A stretch of DNA of 64,000 nucleotides from Eledone cirrhosa (lineage: Eukaryota). Under the pieces are notes generated by a model. The model ran no database searches. It saw nothing but the letters and a program-made list of their open reading frames with translations, and was not told where the DNA came from. How positions within the stretch are numbered: the stretch's first letter is position 1; each line of letters begins with the position of its first letter. The stretch is from assembly GCA_964016885.1 (NCBI GenBank), contig OZ024755.1, positions 41,602,001 through 41,666,000 of the forward strand, written 5' to 3'. Positions 1-12,630 of the stretch are shown here, in pieces. The position numbers and the translations under genes are program-made.

Positions 1-80
1 AACTGTACAGTTTCATGGTGCAAAACATTAAATATCACCAGGATATTATTGGAAAAGCAACGATCATCAGAGAAGCATTT
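1..80 (-). ncRNA. Hammerhead ribozyme motif (Penelope pLTR type), cut by window edge
   Basis: Minus strand reads CTGATGA (70-64), long stem II region, GAAA (14-11), palindromic ctgtacag stem III. Confidence 0.5.
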
Positions 81-1259
81 TCCTGTCCTAGGGTTAAAAA
101 CCCCAGGAACGACAAAATATATGACCTCACTCCAACTAATACAGGTCTAAAAGGTCGTGAAAGTGACCCGTAAATACATTGGTGTATAGTGAAGGCGGGA
201 AATCATAGACTCGCTGTCTATAGCTCGCCACTAAATATATATTACTACCATATAACAGTAGAGAGGTATATATATATATTACTACCATATAACAGTAGAG
301 CTATATATATATATAACTACCATATAACAGTAGAGAGCTATATATATATATTACTACCATATAACAGTAGAGAGGTATATATATATATTACTACCATATA
401 ACAGTAGAGAGGTATATATATATAACTACCATATAACAGTAGAGAGCTATATATATATATTACTACCATATAACAGTAGAGAGGTATATATATATATATA
501 TATTACTACCATATAACAGTAGAGAGGTATATATATATAACTACCATATAACAGTAGAGAGCTATGTATATATATTACTACCATATAACAGTAGAGAGGT
601 ATATATATATATATATATATATTACTACCATATAACAGTAGAGAGCTATATATATATATATATAACTACCATATAACAGTAGAGAGGTATATATATATAT
701 ATAACTACCATATAACAGTAGAGAGGTATATATATATTACTACCATATAACAGTAGAGCTATATATATATATATACTACTACCATATAACAGTAGAGAGC
801 TATATATATATATTACTACCATATAACAGTAGAGAGGTATATATATATATAACTACCATATAACAGTAGAGAGGTATATATATATATATTACTACCATAT
901 AACAGTAGAGCTATATATATATATACTACTACCATATAACAGTAGAGAGCTATATATATATATTACTACCATATAACAGTAGAGAGGTATATATATATAT
1001 ATTACTACCATATAACAGTAGAGAGCTATATATATATATATATTACTACCATATAACAGTAGAGCTATATATATATATTACTACCATATAACAGTAGAGA
1101 GCTATATATATATATACTACTACCATATAACAGTAGAGAGCTATATATATATATTACTACCATATAACAGTAGAGAGGTATATATATATATATATATATA
1201 TTACTACCATATAACAGTAGAGAGGTATATATATATTACTACCATATAACAGTAGAGAG

Positions 1260-1305
<46 letters not shown>

Positions 1306-1814
1306 CTACCATATAACAGTAGAGACGTATCTATATATATATTACTACCATATAACAGTAGAGCTATATATATATATATAACTACCATATAACAGTAGAG
1401 AGGTATATATATATATATTACTACCATATAACAGTAGAGAGGGGTATATATATATATATTACTACTGTATAACAGTAGAGAGGTATATATATATATTACT
1501 ACCATATAACAGTAGAGCTATATATATATTACTACCATATAACAGTAGAGATGTATATATATATATATAACTACCATATAACAGTTGAGAGGTATATATA
1601 TATATATTACTACCATATAACAATAGAGAGGGGTATATATATATATATTACTACCATATAGCAGTAGAGAGGTATATATATATATATATATATATATTAC
1701 TACCATATAACAGTAGAGATGTATATATATACATATAACTACCATATAACAGTAGAGAGGGGTATATATATATATATTACTACCATATAACAGTAGAGAG
1801 GTATATATATATAT

Positions 1815-2045
1815 CTATCTATCTAAGGCGGGTAAAATTCCCGAGATCCATGGACGAGTTCTCTCCAGCGGTCTCTGTCCCTCATTATCGCTGCCATATC
1901 CTGCATCTCCAACAGACCAGTGTCTGTCCTTAGGGCATCAACATATGTTAACCTTGGTCTTCCTCTTCTAGTGTGTCCATGTAGGGGCTCCCAAAGGAGC
2001 ACTGAGTGCAATGTCAACTCTGGATGTCGGTGAGCATGTCCTACC
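1815..2045 (-). mobile_element. RTE-clade LINE 3' fragment (ORF C-terminus plus TAGA-like tail)
   Basis: GHAHRH...LLWEP..GHTRRGRPRLTYVD...MRDRDRWRELV is the typical RTE C-terminal motif; inserted inside the minisatellite. Confidence 0.8.
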
Positions 2046-3150
2046 ATATTACTACCATATAACAGTAGAGCTATATATATATATACTACTACCATATAAC
2101 AGTAGAGAGCTATATATATATATAACTACCATATAACAGTAGAGACGTATATATATATATTACTACCATATAACAGTAGAGAGGTATATATATATATATT
2201 ACTACCATATAACAGTAGAGAGGTATATATATATATTACTACCATATAACAGAGAGAGAGGTATATATATATATATATAACTACCATATAACAGTAGAGA
2301 GGTATATATATATATTACTACCATATAACAGTAGAGAGGTATATATATATATATATTACTACCATATAACAGTAGAGAGGTATATATATATATTACTACC
2401 ATATAACACTAGAGAGGTATATATATATATATATATTACTACCATATAACAGTAGAGATGTATATATATATATATTACTACCATATAACAGTAGAGAGCT
2501 ATATATATATATTACTACCATATAACAGTAGAGAGGTATATATATATATATATATATATAACTACCATATAACAGTAGAGAGGTATATATATATATTACT
2601 ACCATATAACAGTAGAGAGGTATATATATAGATATATATTACTACCATATAACAGTAGAGATGTATATATATATATATATTACTACCATATAACAGTAGA
2701 GAGGTATATATATATATATATATTACTACCATATAACAGTAGAGATGTATATATATATATATATTACTACCATATAACACTAGAGAGGTATATATATATA
2801 TATATATATTACTACCATATAACAGTAGAGAGGTATATATATATATATTACTACCATATAACAGTAGAGACGTATATATATATATTACTACCATATAACA
2901 CTAGAGAGGTATATATATATATATATATATTACTACCATATAACAGTAGAGAGGTATATATATATATATTACTACCATATAACAGTAGAGACGTATATAT
3001 ATATATTACTACCATATAACACTAGAGAGGTATATATATATATATATATATATTACTACCATATAACAGTAGAGAGGTATATATATATATATTACTACCA
3101 TATAACAGTAGAGACGTATATATATATATTACTACCATATAACACTAGAG

Positions 3151-3184
<34 letters not shown>

Positions 3185-3287
3185 CTACCATATAACAGTA
3201 GAGAGGTATATATATATATATATATATTACTACCATATAACACTAGAGAGGTATATATATATATATTACTACCATATAACACTAGAG

Positions 3288-3321
<34 letters not shown>

Positions 3322-3654
3322 CTACCATATAACACTAGAGAGGTATATATATATATATATATATATTACTACCATATAACACTAGAGAGGTATATATATA
3401 TATTACTACCATATAACACTAGAGAGGTATATATATATATATATATATTACTACCATATAACACTAGAGAGGTATATATATATATATATATAACTATCAT
3501 ATAACACTAGAGAGGTATATATATATATTACTACCATATAACACTAGAGAGGTATATATATATATATTACTACCATATAACAGTAGAGATGTATATATAT
3601 ATATATATATTACTACCATATAACAGTAGAGATGTATATATATATATATATATA

Positions 3655-3841
3655 TATAGATGAGATTCTACAGGACTAGAACTGTTTCATTCATTAGAAA
3701 TCATCAGGAGATTCCTGATGATTTCTAATGAATGAAACAGTTCTAGTCCTGTAGAATCTCATCTATATTAAAACTGTTATACTCTGCTATGTATTGAGTA
3801 CCTTACTTACTGTGGTTACCTCCGATTCAACCCGGAATAAC

Positions 3842-3843
<2 letters not shown>
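3655..3843 (+). mobile_element. Penelope-like 3' terminal fragment with fold-back inversion
   Basis: Palindrome 3655-3768 followed by ~75 bp tail; second copy at 44046-44195; both flanked by (AT)n. Confidence 0.75.
3708..3760 (+). ncRNA. Type I hammerhead ribozyme
   Basis: gagattc-CTGATGA-tttc taat gaat-GAAA-cag..ctG-TA-gaatctc: stems I, II and III and GUA cleavage triplet present. Confidence 0.8.
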
Positions 3844-3879
<36 letters not shown>

Positions 3880-3894
3880 CTACCATATAAAAGT

Positions 3895-4250
3895 TTAAGA
3901 CTTTGGGGTTCCTCCAAAAGTTTCTGAACCAAAAAGGGTTGCACGTTTGAAAAAATTTTGGAAACCCTGGACTCGAGCAATGGAAAGCGGGAGGAGGTGT
4001 TTACACTCCAGTTTATGTGGTATATCACATATGCTCTCCATACACAGAATAACAATGTCATTGATGTGGAGGTTAGCCAGTGACACCCATTGCATCAGCC
4101 TTATGGGACTACTTCCTCAGCTGAGATGTCCATCTCCCGACTTTACAAAGGAAAATGGCACAGAACATCCAATGTGTCGACGGTGACTTGCAGGGAAAGC
4201 TTGATCAAGTCAGCTGCTGCTTGCACTTCCAGTTCCAGGCTTAATATCAT
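3895..4250 (+). pseudogene. Highly degraded RTE-like reverse transcriptase remnant
   Basis: Frame-hopping similarity to RTE motifs (GVPPK; IDVEVSQ..ASA). Confidence 0.3.
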
Positions 4251-4261
4251 CTTAACCCTCT

Positions 4262-4760
4262 ACCATTTACATTACTCTATATATACTATTGTATTTACAC
4301 AGTAAAGGCTTTACCTCACATAACATTTACATTACTCTATATATACTATTGTATTTTCACAGTAAAGGCTTTACCTCACATAATATCTCGCATAACATTT
4401 ACATTACTCTATATATACTATTGTATTTTCACAGTAAAGGCTTTACCTCACATAATATCTCACATAACATTTACATTACTCTATATATACTATTGTATTT
4501 TCACAGTAAAGGCTTTACCGCACATAATATCTCACATAACATTTACATTACTCTATATATACTATTGTATTTTCACAGTAAAGGCTTTACCTCACATAAT
4601 ATCTCACATAACATTTACATTACTCTATATATACTATTGTATTTTCACAGTAAAGGCTTTACCTCACATAATACCTCACATAACATTTACATTACTCTAT
4701 ATATACTATTGTATTTTCACAGTAAAGGCTTTACTTCACATATTTATCTCACATAATATC
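4262..4760. repeat. 72-bp minisatellite, about 7 copies
   Basis: 24-aa periodicity in ORF 4289-4756 mirrors the DNA unit. Confidence 0.9.
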
Positions 4761-5059
4761 GAATCTATTATTTGTTTTGAGAACAATACCTTAACATCAG
4801 TATTAGCGACCAGTTACAGCCAGTTTGAACAGTAAAAGGCGACAGAATTCTGGCCGGAGATGGCCGATTTAAATGCTAAAGGGTTAAAAGACAGAATTGA
4901 CAGTAAATGACTCTGTAGTCTTGTGATAAACACATTCGCCTGGCATCAGTGAGATGCGGTGTTCGATTCCTCGTTGATCGTCCACATTTGTTGCCAGAGT
5001 TACTTTGCCCGATATTCTCAATGATTATTTAAGGGCAAAAGATTAGCAGTAATCGGTAG

Positions 5060-6470
5060 AGCTTTGCAGCATACTGTTACGGCCCTTTACAGTCCAACTC
5101 CTGCGAAGGTTAGCTTTGCAGCATATTGTTATGGCCCTTTACGGTTCCACTCCTGCCAAGGTTAGCTTTGCAGCATATTGTTATGGCCCTTTACGGTCCA
5201 ACTCCTGCGAAGGTTAGCTTTGCAGCATATTGTTATGGCCCTTTACGGTTCCACTCCTGCCAAGGTTAGCTTTGCAGCATATTGTTATGGCCCTTTACGG
5301 TTCCACTCCTGCCAAGGTTAGCTTTGCAGCATATTGTTATGGCCCTTTACGGTCCAACTCCTGCGAAGGTTAGCTTTGCAGCATATTGTTATGGCCCTTT
5401 ATGGTTCCACTCCTGCCAAGGTTAGCTTTGCAGCATATTGTTATGGCCCTTTACGGTCCAACTCCTGCGAAGGTTAGCTTTGCAGCATATTGTTATGGCC
5501 CTTTACGGTCCAACTCCTGCGAAGGTTAGCTTTGCAGCATATTGTTATGGCCCTTTATGGTTCCACTCCTGCCAAGGTTAGCTTTGCAGCATATTGTTAT
5601 GGCCCTTTACGGTCCAACTCCTGCGAAGGTTAGCTTTGCAGCATATTGTTATGGCCCTTTACGGTTCCACTCCTGCCAAGGTTAGCTTTGCAGCATATTG
5701 TTATGGCCCTTTACGGTTCCACTCCTGCCGAGGTTAGCTTTGCAGCATATTGTTATGGCCCTTTACGGTTCCACTCCTGCCGAGGTTAGCTTTGCAGCAT
5801 ATTGTTATGGCCCTTTACGGTTCCACTCCTGCCAAGGTTAGCTTTGCAGCATATTGTTATGGCCCTTTACGGTTCCACTCCTGCCAAGGTTAGCTTTGCA
5901 GCATATTGTTATGGCCCTTTACGGTTCCACTCCTGCCAAGGTTAGCTTTGCAGCATATTGTTATGGCCCTTTACGGTCCAACTCCTGCGAAGGTTAGCTT
6001 TGCAGCATATTGTTATGGCCCTTTACGGTTCCACTCCTGCCAAGGTTAGCTTTGCAGCATATTGTTATGGCCCTTTACAGTTCCACTCCTGCCGAGGTTA
6101 GCTTTGCAGCATATTGTTATGGCCCTTTACGGTTCCACTCCTGCCGAGGTTAGCTTTGCAGCATATTGTTATGGCCCTTTACGGTTCCACTCCTGCCGAG
6201 GTTAGCTTTGCAGCATATTGTTATGGCCCTTTACGGTTCCACTCCTGCCGAGGTTAGCTTTGCAGCATATTGTTATGGCCCTTTACGGTTCCACTCCTGC
6301 CGAGGTTAGCTTTGCAGCATATTGTTATGGCCCTTTACGGTTCCACTCCTGCCGAGGTTAGCTTTGCAGCATATTGTTATGGCCCTTTACGGTTCCACTC
6401 CTGCCGAGGTTAGCTTTGCAGCATATTGTTATGGCCCTTTATGGTTCAACTCCCGCCAAAGTTAACTTTG
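5060..6470 (+). repeat. 52-bp tandem array (~27 copies) derived from SINE head
   Basis: Unit gttagctttgcagcatattgttatggccctttacggttccactcctgccaag; runs directly into SINE body at ~6470. Confidence 0.9.
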
Positions 6471-6800
6471 CATTTCATCCTTACTGTGGTCAATAAAATA
6501 AAGTACCAGTCACGCACTGGGGTCGATTTAATCGACTTTCTCCTCCCCCAAATTATTGGTTTTGTGCCTAAATCAGAAACTATTATTTATAGTGATCGAT
6601 TATTATTATTGGATTGTCAGTATCAGTAGAGAGTCGGACGGCATGCTTTGCAGCATAGAGTTACGGCCCTTGCCATTCTCAGTTCAAATCCCGCCGAGGT
6701 TGACTTTGCCTTTCATCCTTACAGGGTCGATAAAATAAAGTACCAGTAATGCACTGGGTTAATTGCTGGCCTTGTGCTAAAAGTAGAAACAATTATTACT
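6470..6800 (+). mobile_element. Two tandem tRNA-derived SINE copies (body/3' end, then a full copy)
   Basis: B-box agttcaaatcc; conserved core ctttcatcctt..gggtcgataaaataaagtaccag; 3' end ccttgtgctaaaagtagaaacaattatt. Confidence 0.85.
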
Positions 6801-6931
6801 GCCATTTGGAGGCAGACATTTCAAATGTCAAAATTCCTGAGTACTTCTTAAGGTAGCCGCTTGATTTTATATATTTTAGGAAGTTTAATAAATTGATATT
6901 TATTGATGTACAAGTGTACACACACACACAA

Positions 6932-6978
<47 letters not shown>

Positions 6979-6981
<3 letters not shown>

Positions 6982-7385
6982 TGGCTGCCAACTCGTTTTC
7001 GAGTACGGCCACTACTTTATATCCATGTAAGAGAACCCCTACCGATGCGCTAAACGAGTGTGACTTTTAGTCCAGCCAGTGACTTGAAAACTCTGGTACA
7101 AACACTACACTTGTGACAATTATTGAGACATAGTGCTGGGCCCATGGTACCATGTGACGACAAGTGCAGAGAGATCTCCAGATATAAAGCAATGCCTGTG
7201 CCGTGAAGCTTTTATAGTGAGCAAAGGCACTGCACAAAGCCAGTCCCACTCTCTTAACCAAGATGATATTTACCAAAAAGAAGAACAAGTCAACATCATT
7301 GGATACCATCAGGGTTGCAGGTGTTATATCAGAGTTTTCCTTCTCCTAGAATTCTGCCTTGACAAAGGCTAAGGGGTCATCTCTG
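6979..7385 (-). mobile_element. Non-coding interspersed repeat (RTE-related non-autonomous element), 5'-truncated copy
   Basis: Near-identical reverse complement of ~54585-54990; 3' end ggcagccacc runs into (AT)n. Confidence 0.75.
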
Positions 7386-7623
7386 TATATATACAGTGAA
7401 AAAAGGTGTGGACGTTAGAAAATGTTCTATACGGATCAGGTTACATAAAAAAATGATAAAATAAATGTGGTCGAAAATCAACATGCAGGAGTTTTAACGA
7501 AAAAGCAATTTAACCTAATAACAAATGTTTTGTACATGTTATAAAGATCCTTTTTATATATCAGGTGCGTTTTTCAAACACTTCTTTGTTTTTTTGTTTT
7601 TAATTTTTTATTATCATTTTCCC

Positions 7624-7699
<76 letters not shown>

Positions 7700-7701
<2 letters not shown>

Positions 7702-8200
7702 ATATTTATTTTTATTTTTATTTTTCCGTCCTTTCATGTTTTTCCCGCTAACTCCTCCTCTCGGAGTTCCTCCCACCACTCTCCTGATGAAGGACTCATG
7801 TCCAAATCGTCGTAAACAACCCTGCCACCATTCTCACCAAGCGTGAAGCTAATAACACTAAGTACCATTGATTCCTGCGTTTGTTTGTTTGTCATTTTGA
7901 AATATATATATATATCACTTTTCTAAAAAAATATATATCTTACACAAAACGCCAGCATCAACAGTTTCCCAAGAGATGTCAACATGAAAGGACCTGTTAT
8001 TTTTATCTAAAGACATTTTTTCGAATTCCACCCCGCCCGTCCCTTCAATTTATCTAATTTCTCATTGTTTCTTCTGATGAAGGACTAGCGTCCGAATCGT
8101 TAAGAAGACCCTCTTCTTGCTATATCAAGCGTTAACCTAATATATACCTTCCATATACTGTACCGATTGTGTTGTTATTTCTGTTTACCTTTTCAATAAA
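7700..8200 (+). mobile_element. Two Penelope-like pLTR ends with hammerhead motifs
   Basis: CTGATGA-aggac..gtcc at 7784 and 8074; relatives at 43717 and 56032. Confidence 0.65.
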
Positions 8201-8203
8201 TAA

Positions 8204-8273
<70 letters not shown>

Positions 8274-8329
8274 CGGCGATGAATTAGTTTTGCGAGGTTT
8301 TTGATATGAAATCGTGTGTCGAAACAAAT

Positions 8330-9350
8330 ATTGTTATACTTGGGGAGGGTCATATTTGTGTAATATTGCCAGAATTAATAACAGAACACACTCACTGTTT
8401 GGTTGGTTTTCGCTTTTCGCTTCTGTGTCTTTTATATCGGTAATCTAATTTATTCGGTCCTCAATGTTGCTATTGACTGACCAACGGTCAAAAATAATAC
8501 AGATACAATATAGACACAAACACATATATATAGTTTATCAAAGTTCTTTCGTTGCACATCTGCAACATCGTCAGTCGTGCTATTGTTTCCTCCCGTTGCA
8601 TTGTATTTTCTACGCCATCTTTATTTAGTCTGTTTATATATTTATTTATTTGTTTATTTTATTTTGTCTTCTTTGCGCATGCGTTTGTGTGTGTGTATAG
8701 TGTTTTGTTTGATGTGTGTTCGTGATTGGGTGACTGTGTATTGGTTAATGTATTCTATCTTTACTAGTGTGTGTTTATATGTGTTTGTTGTAATTGTGCT
8801 TGTGTATGTATTTATTTATTTATTTATCTAGTTATTTATTTACACTTCTCTTAGGTCAGTGTTGTTTGTTTGGGCGTTGTTGTTATTCCATTCATTCTTT
8901 CTGTTTTGTCTTGGCCTTCTAAGTTCTATTTCACTGGCCTCTCTGATTTGAGGGTCATTTCTATGTTTAGATATCATTCTAATTTCTATGTTGTTTATGT
9001 TACCGTCGTGTTGTTGTCTGGCATGTTCGTATAGTACTGACCCGTTTTTTTCGTCCTTTTAGTTCCCCCCAGTGTTGGTCTATCCTTTCACCTATGCTAC
9101 GAGCTGTCTCCCCTATGTATGTTGTTGTCATGTTTCTGCAAGTACCCTCTGTACATCTTATGCTATAGACTACGTTTCTAGTTTTACAGTTTATCCGGGT
9201 GTTTACCTTACATATGATACATTTCCTATTAGTACAGTGGGTTTTCTTAAAAGGGTAGGTTTTGCTGATCAGTGATTTTATGGTGGTTCCTGGCTTTTCT
9301 ACCACCTTAATCTTTAAGTGGGTCTTTCTCAGGGAAATTGGGGAAAACAT
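8330..9350 (-). mobile_element. Penelope-like element 3' part: GIY-YIG endonuclease, pLTR and hammerhead
   Basis: ORF 9000-9350 has C..C..C and NVVYSIRC...YIGETARSIGERIDQH; hammerhead CTGACGA-gttgca/tgcaac-GAAA at ~8574-8547; 3' end ccctcccaagtataaca also seen near 11945, 30175 and 55910. Confidence 0.85.
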
Positions 9351-10552
9351 TTTTTTGAGGGGGGGAGGTTGGAAAGGATGAAAAAGAGGAGGAGATGAGA
9401 GTAAAAAGTGGGGGAGGAGGAGTATAATGAGGAAGGATGAGATAGGAGGAGAGATGGCTGATAGAGAGAGAGAGATAGCTTTTATAACTGAGAAACATAT
9501 ATTGTTTTACATAGAGAGGTTGAAAAACCGTTGGAAGATAATGTATAAATTAAAAGAAATTGAAAATTAACGAAGAGAAAAATAATGTAAAGTTAAGGTT
9601 TGTATATTGAAGGGTTTAATAATATGTGCGATGAAAAAGAAAATGTTAATATGTATTAAGAATAATATTTAAGGGTTTAATAATACGTGCGATGGAAAAA
9701 AAATGTTGATATGTATTTTATATATCCTTTTCCTTTTCTTTTCTTTTTCTTTTAATTTCTAACCCCTAATCTGTACCTTTTCTCACTGTGCCTAACATAG
9801 AAACAATTATTACACAATACACTATATTCTTACTTTATATCACCTTGAAAAAAATCCTTCGTAAACATAAACATTTTTTTTGACGTTAGATTATTCATCC
9901 TCTATTCATTATTTTTTTCTCACTTTCATCTAACTTATTCATGCTCATCTCACAATATATCCTTACTCACATTACTCCTGTTTTTTTAATAATACATATT
10001 AACATTTTCTTTCCATCGCACATATTATTAAACCCTTAAATATTATTCCTAATACATATTAACATTTTCTTTCCATCGCACATATTATTAAACCCTTAAA
10101 ATTATTCTTAATACATATTAACATTTTCTTTCCATCGCACATATTATTAAACCCTTAAATATTATTCTTAATACATATTAACATTTTCTTTCCATCGCAC
10201 ATATTATTAAACCCTTAAATATTATTCTTAATACATATTAACAATTTCTTTTCATCGCACATATTATTAAACCCTTCAATATACAAACCTTAACTTTACA
10301 TTGTTTTTCTCTTCATTAATTTTCAATTTCTTTTAATTTATACATTATCTTCCAACGGTTTTTCAACCTCTCTATGTAAAACAATATATTTTTCTCAGTT
10401 ATAAAAGCTATCTCTCTCTCTCTATCAGCCATCTCTCCTCCTATCTCATCCTTCCTCATTATACTCCCCCCCCCTCCACTTTTTACTCTCATCTCCTCCT
10501 CTGTTTCATCCTTTCCAATCTCCCCCCCCCTCAAACATTTTTTTCCCCCAAT
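9335..10552. repeat. Long inverted repeat (~370-bp arms) with a 60-bp tandem repeat (x5, ~9990-10278) in the right arm
   Basis: 9340-9715 is the reverse complement of ~10170-10552. Confidence 0.85.
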
Positions 10553-10739
10553 ATCACACATCAATCTAAAACTACTTTTCATATGTTGATTTAAAACTGC
10601 ACTATCCACAAGTGTTTTTAACCTTCATATCATGTCTTCCTATTTTATCTGATGAAAACACAAATGTTATTGCATGATGATATTTGTTTTTGAAATGCGC
10701 ATAATAAAATACATGGAACTCATTTAACCATCTTTTGAT

Positions 10740-10809
<70 letters not shown>

Positions 10810-11465
10810 AATGTATAGAAGGTTGGCCGTATGTGTGTGTGCGCGCATGTGTATGTATATATGTGTACGTTTGAATATGACATGCTTACCCAATTGATAC
10901 AGAACAGTCAGAAGGCTCGTGGCGGCATGTAGCAACAAGTGTGTGTGACTGGGCCCATGGGAGAGAGGGAGAGAGGGTGTGTGAGTATATATACTGCGAT
11001 GTATGTATGTGGCGGTGTGGGTGTCTGCGCATGTAGACGTATGAGTGTGAATGCATAGGCACGTATGTGTCTGAATATGTGTGTGTTTATTGTAGTATGT
11101 GTGGGTGCTTACCCTGAACTGTGAGCAGACGTGTGAAGTACTGAACCCAGCATGACTCCATTGGAATGTGTCGGACGGAAAATGGTTGATGAACCATGTG
11201 GCAGCAGATACTAACCAGAACTTGTGATGACGTGGAGTAAAAACAGCCAATGGCATGACAAGAGTGGAAAGAAGGTTTTTTGAGGGGTTGTTTTGATGAC
11301 AACACCCCAGTGATAAAATTTGCTCCGGACATAACAGCCGTGTCTGAAAGAACCCGCAGAAGTAGAATCTGCCAGATCCATACAAGGACCATGACTCGAG
11401 CTACATGCCGGCGAAACATTTGTAACATGAAATAAACTAAGTCGAGATGCATCACTGATTTTTGC

Positions 11466-11651
11466 TCAGATCAGAGTAAACATCACGGACGCTCTATCTC
11501 AAAATTATTTTTGAAAAGCATTAGAAATGCGCAACCGGTAAAACTTAAAACCAAAACTGAATACTAACCAATACTATTACTAATTCTCACTTATTCCTAA
11601 TTAAACTATTTTTCACTGTGAACAATTTGTCAGCATTTTCTATTCCGTTTA

Positions 11652-11660
<9 letters not shown>
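11466..11660 (+). mobile_element. Penelope-like pLTR end with variant hammerhead; family also at 40832-41022 (-) and 45638-45822 (+)
   Basis: Three near-identical copies ending in ccgtttaccaa(TA)n; TTGAAAA-gcat..atgc-GCAA-ccgGTA. Confidence 0.7.
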
Positions 11661-11689
<29 letters not shown>

Positions 11690-11697
<8 letters not shown>

Positions 11698-11915
11698 TAA
11701 CAGATTAAAGTTTAAGCAAAGAATCGCTGCTTTCACCCTTAACGGGATCTTCTGAAACTCAGAAGATCCCATTAAGAGTGAAAGCAGCGATTCTTTGTTT
11801 GAACTTTAATCTGTTATTTTAATAAATATTTGCTCTAGGGTTCTTATATATTTGATATATATTTATCCTTACTGAGCCCTCTTTGGATTTTAGTCTTCAC
11901 ATTTATTATTATTAC
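11690..11915. mobile_element. Penelope-like end with fold-back palindrome (11692-11823); family also at ~27955-28120, ~56270-56430 and ~59490-59575
   Basis: Palindrome centred near 11755 on (C)AGAAGA-tccc..gggt-GAAA hammerhead-like core. Confidence 0.65.
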
Positions 11916-12567
11916 TATATATATATATATATATATATATTGTTATACTTGGGGAGGGTAACGTATTTCAATTTGCTCATAGCCGTGGCTTTTTACGCGG
12001 TAGAGGGTTGGATACAACTCAACGATATCGAATTAAATAAACCCACAGCTGCTTTTCTTACTAATGCTATTGAACCCACTATTATTGTTGTTCGATTGAC
12101 GAAAGCCAGTACTTTCCTAATACTGGCATTTATATTGTTTAGAGTCACTTCAATTTTTATCTTATCAGAATTGATTAATGTACATTTTGATTTCGGAATT
12201 ATACTATCTTTATGGTCTTTTAAGGTTATGTAAGGCTCAAGCTAAGACATAGTCTGTCTTATGATTTGGCTTTAATCTAATTTAATAGTTATACCGTTCA
12301 CCTCATTACTAACATCATTATACGTATGTAAATATGCTTTTCTGTAGTCTTGAATGATTTTAGAAATTTAGTATAAGTGCCATTATCAAATTTATAAAGA
12401 TTTCTAGAAATGTTAGATTTGTTGATAAGATGAAGTTTATGATTTAATGAGAAGGTGAGAATACAACAATATACCTTTACTTTTCTAGCGAATCATAAAA
12501 TCTTTGAAAAATCTTAGTTTTTTTTTCACTATATTTATTAAATATGTTGATACTAACTATCAATTAA

Positions 12568-12630
12568 TCTACCTACCTACCTACCTACCTACCTACCTAC
12601 CTACCTACCTACCTACCTACCTACCTACCT
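12568..12630. repeat. (CCTA)n tract at 5' junction of Tx1 copy 1
   Basis: Direct reading. Confidence 0.95.

Larger units (their letters stand above)
236..3890. repeat. Compound minisatellite: constant ~24-bp unit TACTACCATATAACAGTAGAGAGG separated by variable (TA)n
   Basis: Unit visible dozens of times; interrupted at ~1821-2045 and ~3657-3843. Confidence 0.95.

Noticed and set aside
236-3890. CRISPR-like repeat-spacer pattern
   Set aside because: Spacers are only (TA)n, there are no cas genes, and the context is eukaryotic
4289-4756. 155-aa repetitive ORF
   Set aside because: Product of a 72-bp tandem repeat; no protein-family motif
7067-7372. ORFs conserved between 7067-7372 and 54597-54902
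   Set aside because: Conservation reflects a recent repeat copy; no domain and no codon-level evidence
8330-8360. LTR start (TGTTATAC...) seen four times
   Set aside because: Better explained as the reverse-strand 3' terminus of a Penelope family; no PBS, PPT or paired LTR
10807-11455. 192-aa and 122-aa minus-strand ORFs
   Set aside because: No recognisable motifs; partly CA-repeat derived, probably decayed repeat sequence
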